The notes under the pieces: model-generated | What the model was told of the DNA's origin: nothing | The model's input: only the letters and a program-made list of their open reading frames with translations | The model's database searches: none | Assembly: GCA_964440465.1 (NCBI GenBank) | Contig: CAYTSI010000002.1 | Span: 15,559 to 79,558 of the forward strand | DNA length: 64,000 nt | Direction of reading: 5' to 3' | Source of the DNA: an uncultured Spirochaetales bacterium | Lineage (GTDB): Bacteria > Spirochaetota > Spirochaetia > SPDA01 > CAZSGZ01 | Translations under genes and position numbers: made by a program | Shown: positions 49,744 to 60,744 of the stretch, piece after piece | Position numbering within the stretch: position 1 is the stretch's first letter | Layout of the letters: the number at the start of each line of letters is the position of its first letter

Positions 49744-52389
49744 ATGAAAAATAATATCCATTTGTTCAGCAAAAAAGAATACGTGAAGGACGATGAAATC
49801 CTGGAAAAAATCGGAATACGGGGCAGGGAGGCAAACGATTTTGCCAGCCTCAATTTACCGATCCTCCCGGGATTCATTGTCGATTCCGATCTTGCCGGAA
49901 AAATTGAGGATACCGATTTAAAACCGTATGTAAAAGACCACATGAAAAAGGTGGAGAAGGACACGAAAAAAGTTTTCGGCGACCCGGAAAATCCTATGCT
50001 CGCGAAAATTGTTATCAGCCCGAACTTAGCAATTGTACGGTATCCGACGCTTCACAATTACGGATTGACCGAAAAAACCCTCCCCGGTTTCAACGCGTTT
50101 GTGGGAGGAAACTTCGCCTTTCACGAACTGCAGTTTCTCATCAAGGGGAGTCTTGAGATCGAGATAAAAATCGCGGAACTCGAAAAGCGGGCAAAAGACG
50201 TAAAAACAATTGAAAAGACCCTGGAAAAACTTGAACAAGAGATGGAAAAGCCTGTTCCCGCGAATTTACGGGAAAAGTCACTGGAAAAATACAAAGCGTT
50301 GCTTCCCGAAGGGTTTTTCGAAGATGCCTACACCCAGCTCGAACTCGCGCTGAAACGGATCAGCCGGATGCTCGCGTTAGACGAAATGAACGACGACGAC
50401 GCGGCCCTTATTATTCAGCCGATGGTCCACGGTAATTACGGCAAAGATTCAGCGAGCGGGATGTTTTTCACACGGGATGTGGTTACCGGAGAAAAAAAGC
50501 TGCAGGGCGCCTTTCAGGTAGACAAGTTCGATACCGTCGAATCGGAAGGAAAGGACATCAATAAAATCGGTAAGGATAGCCTGAAAGAACTTGAACGGAT
50601 AGCCGCTATTGTCGAAGACCATTTCAAAGAGATTCGCAGAATACGGTTTACCATTGAAAACGGCAAGGTATGGCTTATCGATCAGCGGGCGCTGATGACA
50701 AAATCGACCCAGGCGGAAATCCAGACCCTCCTCGACCTCAACAAACGGAAAATCGTGGATGAAGAATATGTCCTTAATGCAATAAAGCCGGGCCAGCTGA
50801 ACGAAATCCTTCATCCGATTATCGATGTAACATCGGTCAAAAACTTGAAAACGATTTCCGGAGGCATTGCCGGGGCTCCCGGCGCGGCCATCGGAAAAAT
50901 TTATTTTTCCACCGACGGTCTTATTGAAGCGAGGAAAGAGGCACTGCAGAAAGGCGAGGACACCCGGTTCATCCTCTGCATGTCCGCCACCTTTGCCGAA
51001 GACGTTAAAGCCATCGAAGTTTCCACCGGTGTTTTGAGTAACGAAGGCGGGTACGCGGCGCACGCGTCGGTTGTCGCCCGCCAGTACGGTAAGGTTTCCT
51101 TAGTAAAACCGGAGATGAAAATTCGGGGCAACAAAGCGCTGATCGGTAAAATTACCATAAAAGAAGGTGATTACATCAGCTTAAGCGTCCCGAACTACGG
51201 GGACCCGGAAGTTTACCTCGGCAAAGCCGGTCTCATCGAACCGGACCCGAAAAAGTCGGGCCTTCTCGACTTTATCGATATTATCAACAAGCATCTATCG
51301 GATTTTCACGTCCGGGTAAATGCCGACACACCCCGAGACGCGGAGCTTGCCTTGAGTTTCGGCGCCCAGGGAATCGGGCTGTGCCGGACGGAACATATGT
51401 TTTTCGATGAAAAACGGATCAATGTGTTTCGGGAGATGATCCTCTCCGAAACGGAAAAAAAACGGAGCGCCATCCTCGCGAAGCTGAAAACGATGCAGAA
51501 GAGCGATTTTTACAAATTGTTCAAAATTATGGACGGAAAGGAAGTAACAATCCGCCTCTTAGACGCCCCGCTTCACGAATTTCTTCCCCATAACAAGGAA
51601 GAGATGGCCGTTTTCTTAGAATATTTAAAGAAGCAGAACAAGGGAAAAGCCATTCCGAAAACGGAAATACAGGCCGCCATGGACCAGCTCGACGAGTTCA
51701 ATCCCATGTTAGGCCACCGGGGCTGCCGTATTGCCGTATCATATCCCGAAATCTACCATATGCAGGTGGAGGCAATTTTCGAGGCCGCGTATGCCCTGAA
51801 AAAGGAAGGCGGGAAAGTATTTCCGGAAATCATGATCCCCCTCGTGGGGAATGAGAACGAACTCAAAATTATCGTTCACGGGAAACGGATCGAAGGAACA
51901 ACTTACAGGGGCCTGATGGAAATTGAAGAGGAGGTGCGGAAGAAACTCAAAGCCCGCCCTCTGGATTTCAAAGTAGGCACCATGATTGAACTTCCCGTCG
52001 CGGCGTTAGGAGCGGGGAAAATCGCGAAGTACGCCCAATTCTTTTCGTTCGGAACAAACGATTTAACACAAACAACCCTCGGTCTTTCGAGGGACGATTT
52101 CAACTCATTTATGCCGGATTACACCCAATTCGACCTGCTCGCGGGAAACCCCTTCGAGTATTTGGATGAACAGGTGAAGGAACTGATAGCTACCGCGGTC
52201 CGCAGAGGGACAATAACACGCCCGGACCTGAAAAAGGGACTGTGCGGTGAACACGGGGCCGTACCGGAAAATATTAAATTTTGCATGGATGTCGGATTAG
52301 ATTACGTTTCATGTTCCACTTACAGTGTGCCGATAGCAAACCTTTCGGTGGTGCAGTACACCCTCAAAAAACGCGCCGGATCGGCCTAG
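49744..52389 (+). CDS. ppdK: pyruvate, phosphate dikinase
   Basis: Phospho-His region GGYAAHASVVARQYG. PEP-utilizing signature GLCRTEHMFF. C-terminal TIM-barrel motifs. ATG 49744 with GAGGAAA RBS. The track start 49726 is TTG. Confidence 0.8.
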   Translation: MKNNIHLFSKKEYVKDDEILEKIGIRGREANDFASLNLPILPGFIVDSDLAGKIEDTDLKPYVKDHMKKVEKDTKKVFGDPENPMLAKIVISPNLAIVRYPTLHNYGLTEKTLPGFNAFVGGNFAFHELQFLIKGSLEIEIKIAELEKRAKDVKTIEKTLEKLEQEMEKPVPANLREKSLEKYKALLPEGFFEDAYTQLELALKRISRMLALDEMNDDDAALIIQPMVHGNYGKDSASGMFFTRDVVTGEKKLQGAFQVDKFDTVESEGKDINKIGKDSLKELERIAAIVEDHFKEIRRIRFTIENGKVWLIDQRALMTKSTQAEIQTLLDLNKRKIVDEEYVLNAIKPGQLNEILHPIIDVTSVKNLKTISGGIAGAPGAAIGKIYFSTDGLIEARKEALQKGEDTRFILCMSATFAEDVKAIEVSTGVLSNEGGYAAHASVVARQYGKVSLVKPEMKIRGNKALIGKITIKEGDYISLSVPNYGDPEVYLGKAGLIEPDPKKSGLLDFIDIINKHLSDFHVRVNADTPRDAELALSFGAQGIGLCRTEHMFFDEKRINVFREMILSETEKKRSAILAKLKTMQKSDFYKLFKIMDGKEVTIRLLDAPLHEFLPHNKEEMAVFLEYLKKQNKGKAIPKTEIQAAMDQLDEFNPMLGHRGCRIAVSYPEIYHMQVEAIFEAAYALKKEGGKVFPEIMIPLVGNENELKIIVHGKRIEGTTYRGLMEIEEEVRKKLKARPLDFKVGTMIELPVAALGAGKIAKYAQFFSFGTNDLTQTTLGLSRDDFNSFMPDYTQFDLLAGNPFEYLDEQVKELIATAVRRGTITRPDLKKGLCGEHGAVPENIKFCMDVGLDYVSCSTYSVPIANLSVVQYTLKKRAGSA

Positions 52390-52442
52390 ATGCATAGATG
52401 AAAAGAAGAATACGGAAAAAATAGTATACACAAACACGACAG

Positions 52443-52476
52443 GCGGCGCGGAAGAATTCTCCCGGCGCTTTTTGTT
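52443..52476 (+). terminator. putative intrinsic terminator between convergent genes
   Basis: GC-rich imperfect hairpin around the palindromic GGAAGAATTCTCC core followed by TTTTTGTT. Confidence 0.35.
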
Positions 52477-52487
52477 CGATGTTGATT

Positions 52488-53033
52488 TTACCAGATATTG
52501 AATTTTTTCAAATTCTCAATAACAATTTTCGCGGCTTTTTTCGCGTCCGCGGAAGGGACCTGCGCTTCTTTGTTCAATGTTTGGGTGAAAAAATATTCCA
52601 ATGTTGTAAGGACTTCCGGCATGGTATAAAAAACAAGGGCGAAATTGACTCCCGTGGGCCGTAAAACGGTGAATGAGGAGTAAGAGATAATCGGCTCCTT
52701 GCTTACCATAATTTTCGTTTGGTTTTTCGCGGTATGTATTTCGAGTTCTTTAAACCGGTGAGGGATTCCCTCTCTTGATTTTCTGCTGACGGGTTCAACA
52801 TATTTTTCCGGATATGAAGCGGGCTCTACAAGGATGTAGAGTTTGTTGCCGTCGGTTTGGAAGGTAAGACCCTCCTCGGTAAGATAAATGCTTTTTACAC
52901 CGCTGTAGGCGACAATTTCGTATATTGAATAGGTTGATTTACTATCGAAAAATGAAGAAACGATATAACCGCCGTCTTTCGGCAGTTTTTCCGTTGAGTA
53001 TGCTTGAAACAGATCTAACGCTTTTTCGGCCAT
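52488..53033 (-). CDS. hypothetical protein
   Basis: 181-aa ORF with an RBS (GGAGG) upstream. No recognisable motif. Confidence 0.45.
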   Translation of the reverse strand: MAEKALDLFQAYSTEKLPKDGGYIVSSFFDSKSTYSIYEIVAYSGVKSIYLTEEGLTFQTDGNKLYILVEPASYPEKYVEPVSRKSREGIPHRFKELEIHTAKNQTKIMVSKEPIISYSSFTVLRPTGVNFALVFYTMPEVLTTLEYFFTQTLNKEAQVPSADAKKAAKIVIENLKKFNIW

Positions 53034-53080
53034 GGATAACCTCCTGTATTTCTAGATGAAGTATACCTGAGGTGGAGGAA

Positions 53081-55042
53081 TTATCCAACTATTTTTTTTT
53101 CAATTTCTTCGGCATGGCGCGTGAATTTATTACTCATATCGGCAAAGCCTTTGTTTTTATATACCACCGCGATATTTCTGTACGCCCTGCTGTCCCCCGG
53201 CGCGTCGTCGGCGGCCTCCCTGAAAATTCGGAGCGCCGTCTCTTCGTCTCCGGCCTTGTACAACAGAGAGCCGAGGATAAGCCGCAGACTTAAGGTCGGC
53301 GGGACCTCCCGCAGCGCGCGCTGTAAAAAATCAGCGGCAAATTGGACCTTCCCCATTTTTTCGTAGCAGAACACGATCGATTTAATGTACTCCTCCGATT
53401 TCGGCCGTTTCATCAGCAGTTCTTTGTATAAAATCGCGGCATCACGGTACTGGCCAGTCTTCCGGTAGCAAATTGCAAGAAGCCGCTTCGTCATCTCATC
53501 TTTCGTTCTGTAGGGAAGATATTTCAAAATTTGCCGGACCGCGTCTTCGTATTTTTCCATCGACATCAGAAGAATAATAAAATCCTTTCTTCGCGAAGGA
53601 TCATCGGAGAAAACGGAAAAATAGTGATAGTAGACGGTTTCCAATTCGGTGAACTGTTCCTGTTCGCGGTATAAATCGATCAAATTGATATAGGCGTCGT
53701 AATTGTCGTTTTGCAGCGTAATTGCCTTTTTCAGCCACTTGTCGGCCAAATGGTCGAGGTCTCCTCGAATGTACTGTTCCGCTAAGGCATTGAACAGGTT
53801 GGGGTCCGGGCCGAGATGTTTTATTGCCTCACGGACAAGGGGGATGGTCTGTTTCGGCGGATAATGAAGTCTGCACTTGCACATAACGATAAAAAACTGG
53901 ACCGATGTGTTATCGGGGTCGCGGCTGATAATTTTCTGAAGCTCAGTGAGCATGGCTTGATACTTCTCTTCCTGCCAGTACACCATGGCCAGTCCGTACC
54001 GTGTTTCCGTATTATGAGGGTCCGCTTCGACGGAGCGGAGGAAGTGGTTTTTGGCTTTTTCCATATCACCGAGGTTCCTGTACGCCTCACCGACAATACC
54101 GTGAGCCACAGGATCGGAATAGTCTTCCTTCAGTGCCCGGTTACCGTAATAAATCGATTTGCGGTATTCCTCCCGCGTAAAATGATGCATGCACAGGGTG
54201 CGTGACATTTCCGATTCGGTAAAAAAATCATTTCGAATAAACGGAACCTTTTGCTTCAGTCCTTCGATAATCTCGGCGGCCTCCTCCCGTCTGCCGGTAA
54301 AATAGAGCATTGCCGCTTTCCGCATCAGCAGCCCCGCGTCATCGGGGGAGGAGCGCAGCGCGGTATCGTAATGGGAGAGGGCCTCGCTGTAATCTCCCTT
54401 GTTCCGTGCAATCAGGCCGAGGTAAATATGAATAAAATCGGCGTCCATACCCCGGTTTAGGAGAAAATGGAACATTTGGCCGGCCAGTTCATGGTTTCCG
54501 GCGTAAAACTCCTTTACCCCGTGGGCGGAGAGGGCATTGAGGTATCCGTTGTAGAGCCTTCCGGTGCTGCCGGTGAGTTCGACGGCATGTCCGAGGAGCG
54601 GAGAAGCAAGCTCCGGGCGTTTTAGTTTCAGGTATGTCAGCCCGAGAAGACCGAGGATTTGCGGGTTCGCGGAATCGAGGCTGTAGGCCCGCCGCAGATA
54701 CCGAAGGGCGTAATCCTCCATGCGAAGCGTCAGGTAGGTGCGGCCGAGGAAAAAGTATCCGGCGCTTTCCTTCGGGCGGAGGAGGATAAAATGTTTGTAC
54801 ATGCCGATACTTTTTTCGTATTTTCCCAAGGCATGATAGCTTCTGCCTAAATAGAGGAGTGCTTCCGGTATGTGTTCCGTCTCGCTTACGATTTTTTCAA
54901 GGTTGTTGACCGCTTTATCGTAGTCCTTCCGCTTTCCCGCTTCGAGGGCTTCCGCGAAAAGTCTGGAATGTGATGCCGCTGCCGCCATATACGCGGAGTG
55001 TATCATACAAAGCGGCTTTGACAAAACCTGCCGTTTCTGCAA
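53081..55042 (-). CDS. TPR-repeat protein
   Basis: Many TPR units (ALLYLGRSYHALGKYEKSIGMYKHFI...). The start is probably an internal Met (for example 55006), because only 9 nt separate the track start from the purB start. Confidence 0.6.
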   Translation of the reverse strand: MQKRQVLSKPLCMIHSAYMAAAASHSRLFAEALEAGKRKDYDKAVNNLEKIVSETEHIPEALLYLGRSYHALGKYEKSIGMYKHFILLRPKESAGYFFLGRTYLTLRMEDYALRYLRRAYSLDSANPQILGLLGLTYLKLKRPELASPLLGHAVELTGSTGRLYNGYLNALSAHGVKEFYAGNHELAGQMFHFLLNRGMDADFIHIYLGLIARNKGDYSEALSHYDTALRSSPDDAGLLMRKAAMLYFTGRREEAAEIIEGLKQKVPFIRNDFFTESEMSRTLCMHHFTREEYRKSIYYGNRALKEDYSDPVAHGIVGEAYRNLGDMEKAKNHFLRSVEADPHNTETRYGLAMVYWQEEKYQAMLTELQKIISRDPDNTSVQFFIVMCKCRLHYPPKQTIPLVREAIKHLGPDPNLFNALAEQYIRGDLDHLADKWLKKAITLQNDNYDAYINLIDLYREQEQFTELETVYYHYFSVFSDDPSRRKDFIILLMSMEKYEDAVRQILKYLPYRTKDEMTKRLLAICYRKTGQYRDAAILYKELLMKRPKSEEYIKSIVFCYEKMGKVQFAADFLQRALREVPPTLSLRLILGSLLYKAGDEETALRIFREAADDAPGDSRAYRNIAVVYKNKGFADMSNKFTRHAEEIEKKIVG

Positions 55043-55051
55043 TTATTTTGT

Positions 55052-56533
55052 ATGCGGCAGCGAAACATCTTTTGTAATATATCCCCCCTCGACCATCGGT
55101 ATTTTTTAAGCAACGAAAAAGTCTTTACCGAATTAAGCCGCTACGTAAGCGAAGAAGCTTCCATACGGTACTGCCTGCGGGCGGAAGCGGCCCTTCTGAA
55201 GAGTCATGTCGACCTTTTTTTCGGCGGAGATGCCGAAAAAAAGGCCATAGCCGACGCGGCCGCGGACGCGGTAACTCCTGAGGAAGTGTACGCCGAGGAG
55301 GAGAAGACCCGGCACAACATCCGGGCTTTAGTGCATGTGTTTCAGCGGCGCCTTCCCGAGGAACTGCGGCCATATGTTCACTTAGGAGCGACTTCGGTTG
55401 ATATTTTAGACACCGCGGCCGCGGCGCGGATGAAGGAGGCGGTCCTGCGGGTCATTTTGCCTCTGTTAGAGGACGTCGAACTCCTGCTGTGCGGCCTTGC
55501 CAGGGACAATGCCGGCGTACCGCAGACCGGACGCACCCACGGACAGCACGCGGTCCCGATAACTGTCGGCTTCACCTTTGCCGAATACGTTGCCAGGCTG
55601 GGAAAATCGATACGGGAAATGGAAACCAGGGCACGGGACCTGCGGGGCAAGCTGGCAGGCGCCGTAGGGGCCTACAACGCTACAAGTCTCCTGGTAAAGG
55701 ACCCCGCCGCGCTGGAACGGCGGTACCTCGGCTATCTACACCTTCAGCCGCCGGAATATTCGAACCAGATGGTGGAACCGGAATACCAGCTCCGCCTGCT
55801 GACGGAAATCAATACCGCCTTCGGTATTCTTGCAAATCTAGCGGACGATCTTCGCCAGCTGCAGCGGTCGGAAATAGGGGAGGTGGTGGAATTTTTTTCG
55901 GCGGACCAGGTGGGTTCATCTACTATGCCCCAGAAGCGCAACCCCTGGAACAGTGAACATGTCAAAAGCCTCTGGAAAGCATTCGCGCCCCGGGTGCTTA
56001 CTTTTTATATGGACCAGATTTCGGAACATCAGCGTGATTTGACAAACTCGGCATCCTCCCGGTTTTCCGCCGATTTTCTCGCGGGATTCTGTGCCGCGGC
56101 GGAGCGGATGAAACGGATTTTAGGGGGGCTGCATGTGGATACGGAACGGTGCCTGCAGAATATCCGGATGGGAGGGGATTCCCTTCTCGCCGAGGCGATG
56201 TACATACTCCTCGCGGCTTCGGGACATCCCGACGGACATGAATACATTCGACGGAAAACGACGCGGGCCCGCGGGGAAGAAAAAAGTTTAGAAACACTGC
56301 TTCGGGAAGACGCCGGTGTGTGGGAAAGTATTACCGCGGAGCTGCGGAAGAATTACGGCATGGACGCCGGTGAACTGTTCAGCAGGCCCGAATTATACCG
56401 CGGGAAAGCGGAAGAGCGGGCCCTCGAGTTAGCGGACACTTACGGTGCTGAAATGAGGGCACTGAACGAACGGCTTACCGCGGAAGCGGAGGCAGAGGAA
56501 AACACGAGAAGGAAAACAGATGATGAAAATTGA
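55052..56533 (+). CDS. purB: adenylosuccinate lyase
   Basis: ISPLDHRY near the N-terminus and GSSTMPQKRNPWNSEH signature, E. coli-type PurB. Confidence 0.9.
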   Translation: MRQRNIFCNISPLDHRYFLSNEKVFTELSRYVSEEASIRYCLRAEAALLKSHVDLFFGGDAEKKAIADAAADAVTPEEVYAEEEKTRHNIRALVHVFQRRLPEELRPYVHLGATSVDILDTAAAARMKEAVLRVILPLLEDVELLLCGLARDNAGVPQTGRTHGQHAVPITVGFTFAEYVARLGKSIREMETRARDLRGKLAGAVGAYNATSLLVKDPAALERRYLGYLHLQPPEYSNQMVEPEYQLRLLTEINTAFGILANLADDLRQLQRSEIGEVVEFFSADQVGSSTMPQKRNPWNSEHVKSLWKAFAPRVLTFYMDQISEHQRDLTNSASSRFSADFLAGFCAAAERMKRILGGLHVDTERCLQNIRMGGDSLLAEAMYILLAASGHPDGHEYIRRKTTRARGEEKSLETLLREDAGVWESITAELRKNYGMDAGELFSRPELYRGKAEERALELADTYGAEMRALNERLTAEAEAEENTRRKTDDEN

Positions 56534-57959
56534 AGAATCCCTCAGTTATGACGATATTTTGCTCATACCCGCATATTCCGCGCTGCAGGCCGGGGACGCC
56601 GATGTGTCCGCGCGGCTTACGAAAACAATACGGCTGAATATTCCCGTTGTATCCGCGGCAATGGACACGGTAACTGAAGACGGTCTGGCAATAGCAATCG
56701 CGTTAGAAGGGGGGGGCGGAGTCATTCACCGGAATATGGAGCCGGAACAGCAGGCTGCTCAGGTGGGCAGAGTAAAGCGGTATTTGAACTGGGTAATAGA
56801 AAACCCCATTACCGTTGAAAAAAACCAAACAGTGGCCTTTGTGCGGCAGCTGATGGACCGCAACAAAGTGTCCGGCCTTCCGGTTATCGATGAAAAAAAC
56901 AAATTATGCGGAATTATCACCGGAAGGGACCTCAGGTTCTGCAGGGACGATTCCCTTATTGTAAAGGAGGTAATGACCTCCGAGCCCATCGTTGAATACG
57001 GAGAACCGAGTATTCAAAGCGCCCAGGAAAAATTTGACGACCATAAAATAGAAAAACTGCCCGTAATCGATAAAGAGGGAAATCTTACCGGACTCATTAC
57101 GGTAAAGGACATGGAAAAGCATCAAAAATTTCCAAAAGCGGCGGTTGACGGACGGGGCAGGCTTATTGTCGGCGCCGCGGTGTCGCCGGTCGATTATTCC
57201 ATCCGGATGCCTCTGCTGCTGAACAGCAAGGTCGATTTTGTCGTTATCGATACGGCCCACGGAGATTCGGAAAGCGTTATCGCAGCCGTCGGTGCAATTA
57301 AAAAGGAGTACAGTGTACAGGTAATCGGCGGGAACGTGGCAACGGCGGAAGGCGCGAAACGGCTTATCGATGCCGGAGCGGACGCGGTGAAGGTCGGCGT
57401 CGGCCCCGGTTCCATCTGCACAACCAGAATCGTCGCGGGAATCGGCGTCCCCCAGTTCAGCGCCGTTGTTGCCTGTGCCGAGGAGGCGTCGAAGCAGGGT
57501 GTTCCGGTAATTGCCGACGGAGGGATTAAATTTTCCGGGGACATCGTAAAAGCAGTCGCGGGCGGCGCGGATACGGTAATGATCGGAAACCTGTTAGCGG
57601 GGCTGAAAGAGGCGCCGGGAAGAGAAATTATCTTCGACGGACGGATGTTCAAGACCTACCGCGGCATGGGGTCGGTAGGAGCCATTAAGGACGGCGGCGG
57701 CGACAGGTATCAGATGAAGGACAATTCGGACCCGGTCCCCGAGGGGATAGAAGGAAGGGTGCCCTACAAGGGAGAGTTGAAACCCTATCTGCATCAGCTT
57801 GTAACGGGCCTGCAAAAAGGAATGGCCTACTGCGGCTGTGCCACCATTACGGAATTGCGGGAATATAAAAAGTTTGTTAAGATCTCCCCCGCGTCGCTGC
57901 GGGAAAGCCATGCCCACGATGTCATTATTACCCACGACGCTCCGAACTATTCGAGATAA
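56520..57959 (+). CDS. guaB: IMP dehydrogenase
   Basis: YDDILLIP, CBS pair, catalytic GIGVPQ...GPGSICTTR, IADGGIKFSGD. Confidence 0.95.
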   Translation: MMKIEESLSYDDILLIPAYSALQAGDADVSARLTKTIRLNIPVVSAAMDTVTEDGLAIAIALEGGGGVIHRNMEPEQQAAQVGRVKRYLNWVIENPITVEKNQTVAFVRQLMDRNKVSGLPVIDEKNKLCGIITGRDLRFCRDDSLIVKEVMTSEPIVEYGEPSIQSAQEKFDDHKIEKLPVIDKEGNLTGLITVKDMEKHQKFPKAAVDGRGRLIVGAAVSPVDYSIRMPLLLNSKVDFVVIDTAHGDSESVIAAVGAIKKEYSVQVIGGNVATAEGAKRLIDAGADAVKVGVGPGSICTTRIVAGIGVPQFSAVVACAEEASKQGVPVIADGGIKFSGDIVKAVAGGADTVMIGNLLAGLKEAPGREIIFDGRMFKTYRGMGSVGAIKDGGGDRYQMKDNSDPVPEGIEGRVPYKGELKPYLHQLVTGLQKGMAYCGCATITELREYKKFVKISPASLRESHAHDVIITHDAPNYSR

Positions 57960-57972
57960 TAAGGAAGGACAG

Positions 57973-59202
57973 ATGAATATTGTTGTTGTAGGCGCCCAAT
58001 GGGGCGATGAGGGAAAAGGGAAAATTGTCGATTATCTCGCTTCCGAGTCGGACCTGGTCATCAGGTTTTCAGGCGGGGCAAACGCGGGACACACCATCGT
58101 TATCGGGGACGAGACCTACAAACTCCATCTAATTCCGTCGGGAATCGTCTACCCTGACCAGTCGGTCCTGCTCGGTTCCGGCATGGTCATTGATCCTGAA
58201 GCACTTTTCGAAGAACTGTCCATGCTCGAGGAAAAAGGGATTGACTGGAAGGGCAGGGTATTCATTTCCGACCGGGCCCACATGGTGCTTCCGGGGCATA
58301 AACGGCAGGACCTTGAAATGGACAGGCAGAGAAAGCAGCCGTTAGGTACTACCGGCAGGGGGATCGGTATTACGTACGCTTTAAAGGCCCATAGAATGGG
58401 ATTACGCTTCGCCGATGTGGAAAACAAAGAGGCCCGCGCTGAGTTGGACGAAAACGATAGGGCATTTATCGATTCCTACGCGGAAAAACTAACGCCGATG
58501 ATCGTGGATATTGCTTCGTATATGGCGGACAGTACCGGAAAACGGGTCCTTTTTGAAGGCGCGCAGGGAGTTCTCCTCGATATTGACTGCGGAACGTATC
58601 CTTATGTTTCCTCCGGCAGTTCAATCGCCGCCGGAGCGGCCGCGGGCTGCGGAATCGGGCCGCGGAATATCGACAAGGTATTAGGTGTATTCAAAGCGTA
58701 TCAAACCCGGGTGGGCAACGGCCCCTTTCCGACGGAATTCACCGAAGACCGCGACGGCGATCTGGAACACCGTGTCCGGGAATTAGGCCGGGAGTACGGG
58801 GTGACCACCGGAAGGCCGCGGCGCTGCGGCTACCTCGACCTGGTAGCTCTCCGCTATGCCTGCAGGGTCAGTTCCATCGACGATTTGGTGCTGACGCATA
58901 TCGATGTGTACGACGAAATGGACACAATTTCGGTCTGTACCGCCTATGAAATTGACGGCAGGAGGGTTGAAAATTTTCCCGCCTCCGCGGCCGACCTTGC
59001 AAAGGCGAGGCCGGTGCTGCGGGAATTCCCCGGATGGAAGCAGTCGGTCCGGCAGTGTAAAAGCTTTGAAGAATTTCCGGAAGAGACACAGGATTATATC
59101 CGGTTTATTGAAGAATTTACCCAAACGAGGGTTGGAATTGTTTCGGTTGGATACCGGAGAAGCGAAACGATTTTGAGAACGGCACCTTGGACACAATTGT
59201 AA
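57973..59202 (+). CDS. purA: adenylosuccinate synthetase
   Basis: MNIVVVGAQWGDEGKGKIVD P-loop and GGANAGHT. AAGGAAGG RBS. The track ORF from 57838 is an upstream extension. Confidence 0.95.
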   Translation: MNIVVVGAQWGDEGKGKIVDYLASESDLVIRFSGGANAGHTIVIGDETYKLHLIPSGIVYPDQSVLLGSGMVIDPEALFEELSMLEEKGIDWKGRVFISDRAHMVLPGHKRQDLEMDRQRKQPLGTTGRGIGITYALKAHRMGLRFADVENKEARAELDENDRAFIDSYAEKLTPMIVDIASYMADSTGKRVLFEGAQGVLLDIDCGTYPYVSSGSSIAAGAAAGCGIGPRNIDKVLGVFKAYQTRVGNGPFPTEFTEDRDGDLEHRVRELGREYGVTTGRPRRCGYLDLVALRYACRVSSIDDLVLTHIDVYDEMDTISVCTAYEIDGRRVENFPASAADLAKARPVLREFPGWKQSVRQCKSFEEFPEETQDYIRFIEEFTQTRVGIVSVGYRRSETILRTAPWTQL

Positions 59203-60734
59203 TAATTGATTTCGGAGGTCAGACAACCCAGCTGATCGCGCGGCGGATCCGCGAGGCGGGTGTTTTTACCGAAATACTCCCGTCGGATACATCCGCGCGC
59301 ACAATCGACACGGAAGAGGTGAGGGGAATTATTTTCTCCGGCTCTCCCTACTCAGTCTATGCGGATGATGCTCCCGGAATCGATACCGCTCTTCTCGAAT
59401 TGGGGGTTCCCGTACTTGGAATCTGTTACGGAATGCACCTGCTGGTACACCACTTTTCCGGCCGCGTCGTTAATCATCCGACACGGGAATTCGGAAAGAT
59501 GCGGGTGCATCTACGCGGGCAGAATCCGCTTTTTAACGGCATTCCAGAAGAGTTGAACAGCTGGATGAGCCACGGCGACAGTATCGCCGAACTTCCCGAC
59601 GGATTTACCGTTTTGGCGGAAACGGAAGATTATCCCGCGGCTGTGTATGCACCTGATCGGAACATCTACGGACTGCAGTTTCATCCCGAAGTCACCCACT
59701 GCGAGTACGGGACGGAGATTCTCAGCAATTTCGCGGTGGAAATCTGCGGCTGTTCTCAGGACTGGACAATGGAACACTATGTGGAGGATGAAACAAAACG
59801 GGTCCGAACGCGGGTGGGAGACGGCAAGGTCCTTCTGTTAATTTCCGGCGGCGTTGACTCGAGTGTTACCGCGGCCCTGCTGCTGCATGCCCTCGACCCG
59901 GACCAAGTGCACCTCTTGTACATCGACACCGGGCTGATGCGGAAAAATGAAACCGAAGAAGTTGCAAAGATCCTTTCCGATTCCGGTGCCCGGCATATTC
60001 ATATCGTGGATGCCGAAACGGAATTTCTCAACGGGCTGCAAGGGGAAACCGACCCGGAGAAAAAACGGGAGATAATCGGCGATCTTTTTATTACCCTGAT
60101 GGAGCGGGAAATACGGAAACTCCGGATCCCGGATGCAATTCTCGCGCAGGGCACCCTCTATACCGATATGATCGAGTCGGGCAAGGGAGTGGGGAACAAG
60201 GCAAAGGTCATCAAGTCCCATCACAATGTCCGCTCCCCCCTTATCGAAGAGAAACGGAACAGGGGCCTTGTCATCGAACCGCTTTCACTCCTCTACAAAG
60301 ACGAGGTGCGGAAGCTCGGCAGTTACCTGCGGCTGCCGGACAGAGTCGTTAACCGGCATCCCTTTCCGGGGCCGGGGCTCGGGGTGCGCATTCTCGGGGA
60401 AGTGACGAAGGAAAAGTGTGATATTCTCCGGGAGGCCGATGCCATTTACATCGAGGAGCTGAAAAAACGGGACCTGTACGTAAAAATATGGCAGGCCTTC
60501 GCGGTCCTTCTGCCGATCCGGACCGTCGGTGTTACCGGCGACGAGCGCCATTACGGATACGTAATAAGCCTGAGGGCCGTTGTCTCATTTGACGGCATGA
60601 CTGCCGACGTATATCCCTTCGACATGAAAGACATTCTCGAAATAGCGAACCGGATTACCAACACTGTCCGTGAAGCGGGAAGGGTTGTTTACGATATTTC
60701 CAGCAAACCGCCCGCTACAATCGAGTGGGAGTAG
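59187..60734 (+). CDS. guaA: GMP synthase (glutamine-hydrolysing)
   Basis: GATase LGICYGMHLL and SHGD. ATP-PPase SGGVDSSV. C-terminal dimerisation domain. TTG start assumed. Confidence 0.9.
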   Translation: MDTIVIIDFGGQTTQLIARRIREAGVFTEILPSDTSARTIDTEEVRGIIFSGSPYSVYADDAPGIDTALLELGVPVLGICYGMHLLVHHFSGRVVNHPTREFGKMRVHLRGQNPLFNGIPEELNSWMSHGDSIAELPDGFTVLAETEDYPAAVYAPDRNIYGLQFHPEVTHCEYGTEILSNFAVEICGCSQDWTMEHYVEDETKRVRTRVGDGKVLLLISGGVDSSVTAALLLHALDPDQVHLLYIDTGLMRKNETEEVAKILSDSGARHIHIVDAETEFLNGLQGETDPEKKREIIGDLFITLMEREIRKLRIPDAILAQGTLYTDMIESGKGVGNKAKVIKSHHNVRSPLIEEKRNRGLVIEPLSLLYKDEVRKLGSYLRLPDRVVNRHPFPGPGLGVRILGEVTKEKCDILREADAIYIEELKKRDLYVKIWQAFAVLLPIRTVGVTGDERHYGYVISLRAVVSFDGMTADVYPFDMKDILEIANRITNTVREAGRVVYDISSKPPATIEWE

Positions 60735-60744
60735 GCTTTTGAGA

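Noticed and set aside
52443-52476. Treating the GGAAGAATTCTCC palindrome as a protein-binding site
   Set aside because: It sits between convergent 3' ends with a downstream T-run, so it is more simply an intrinsic terminator.
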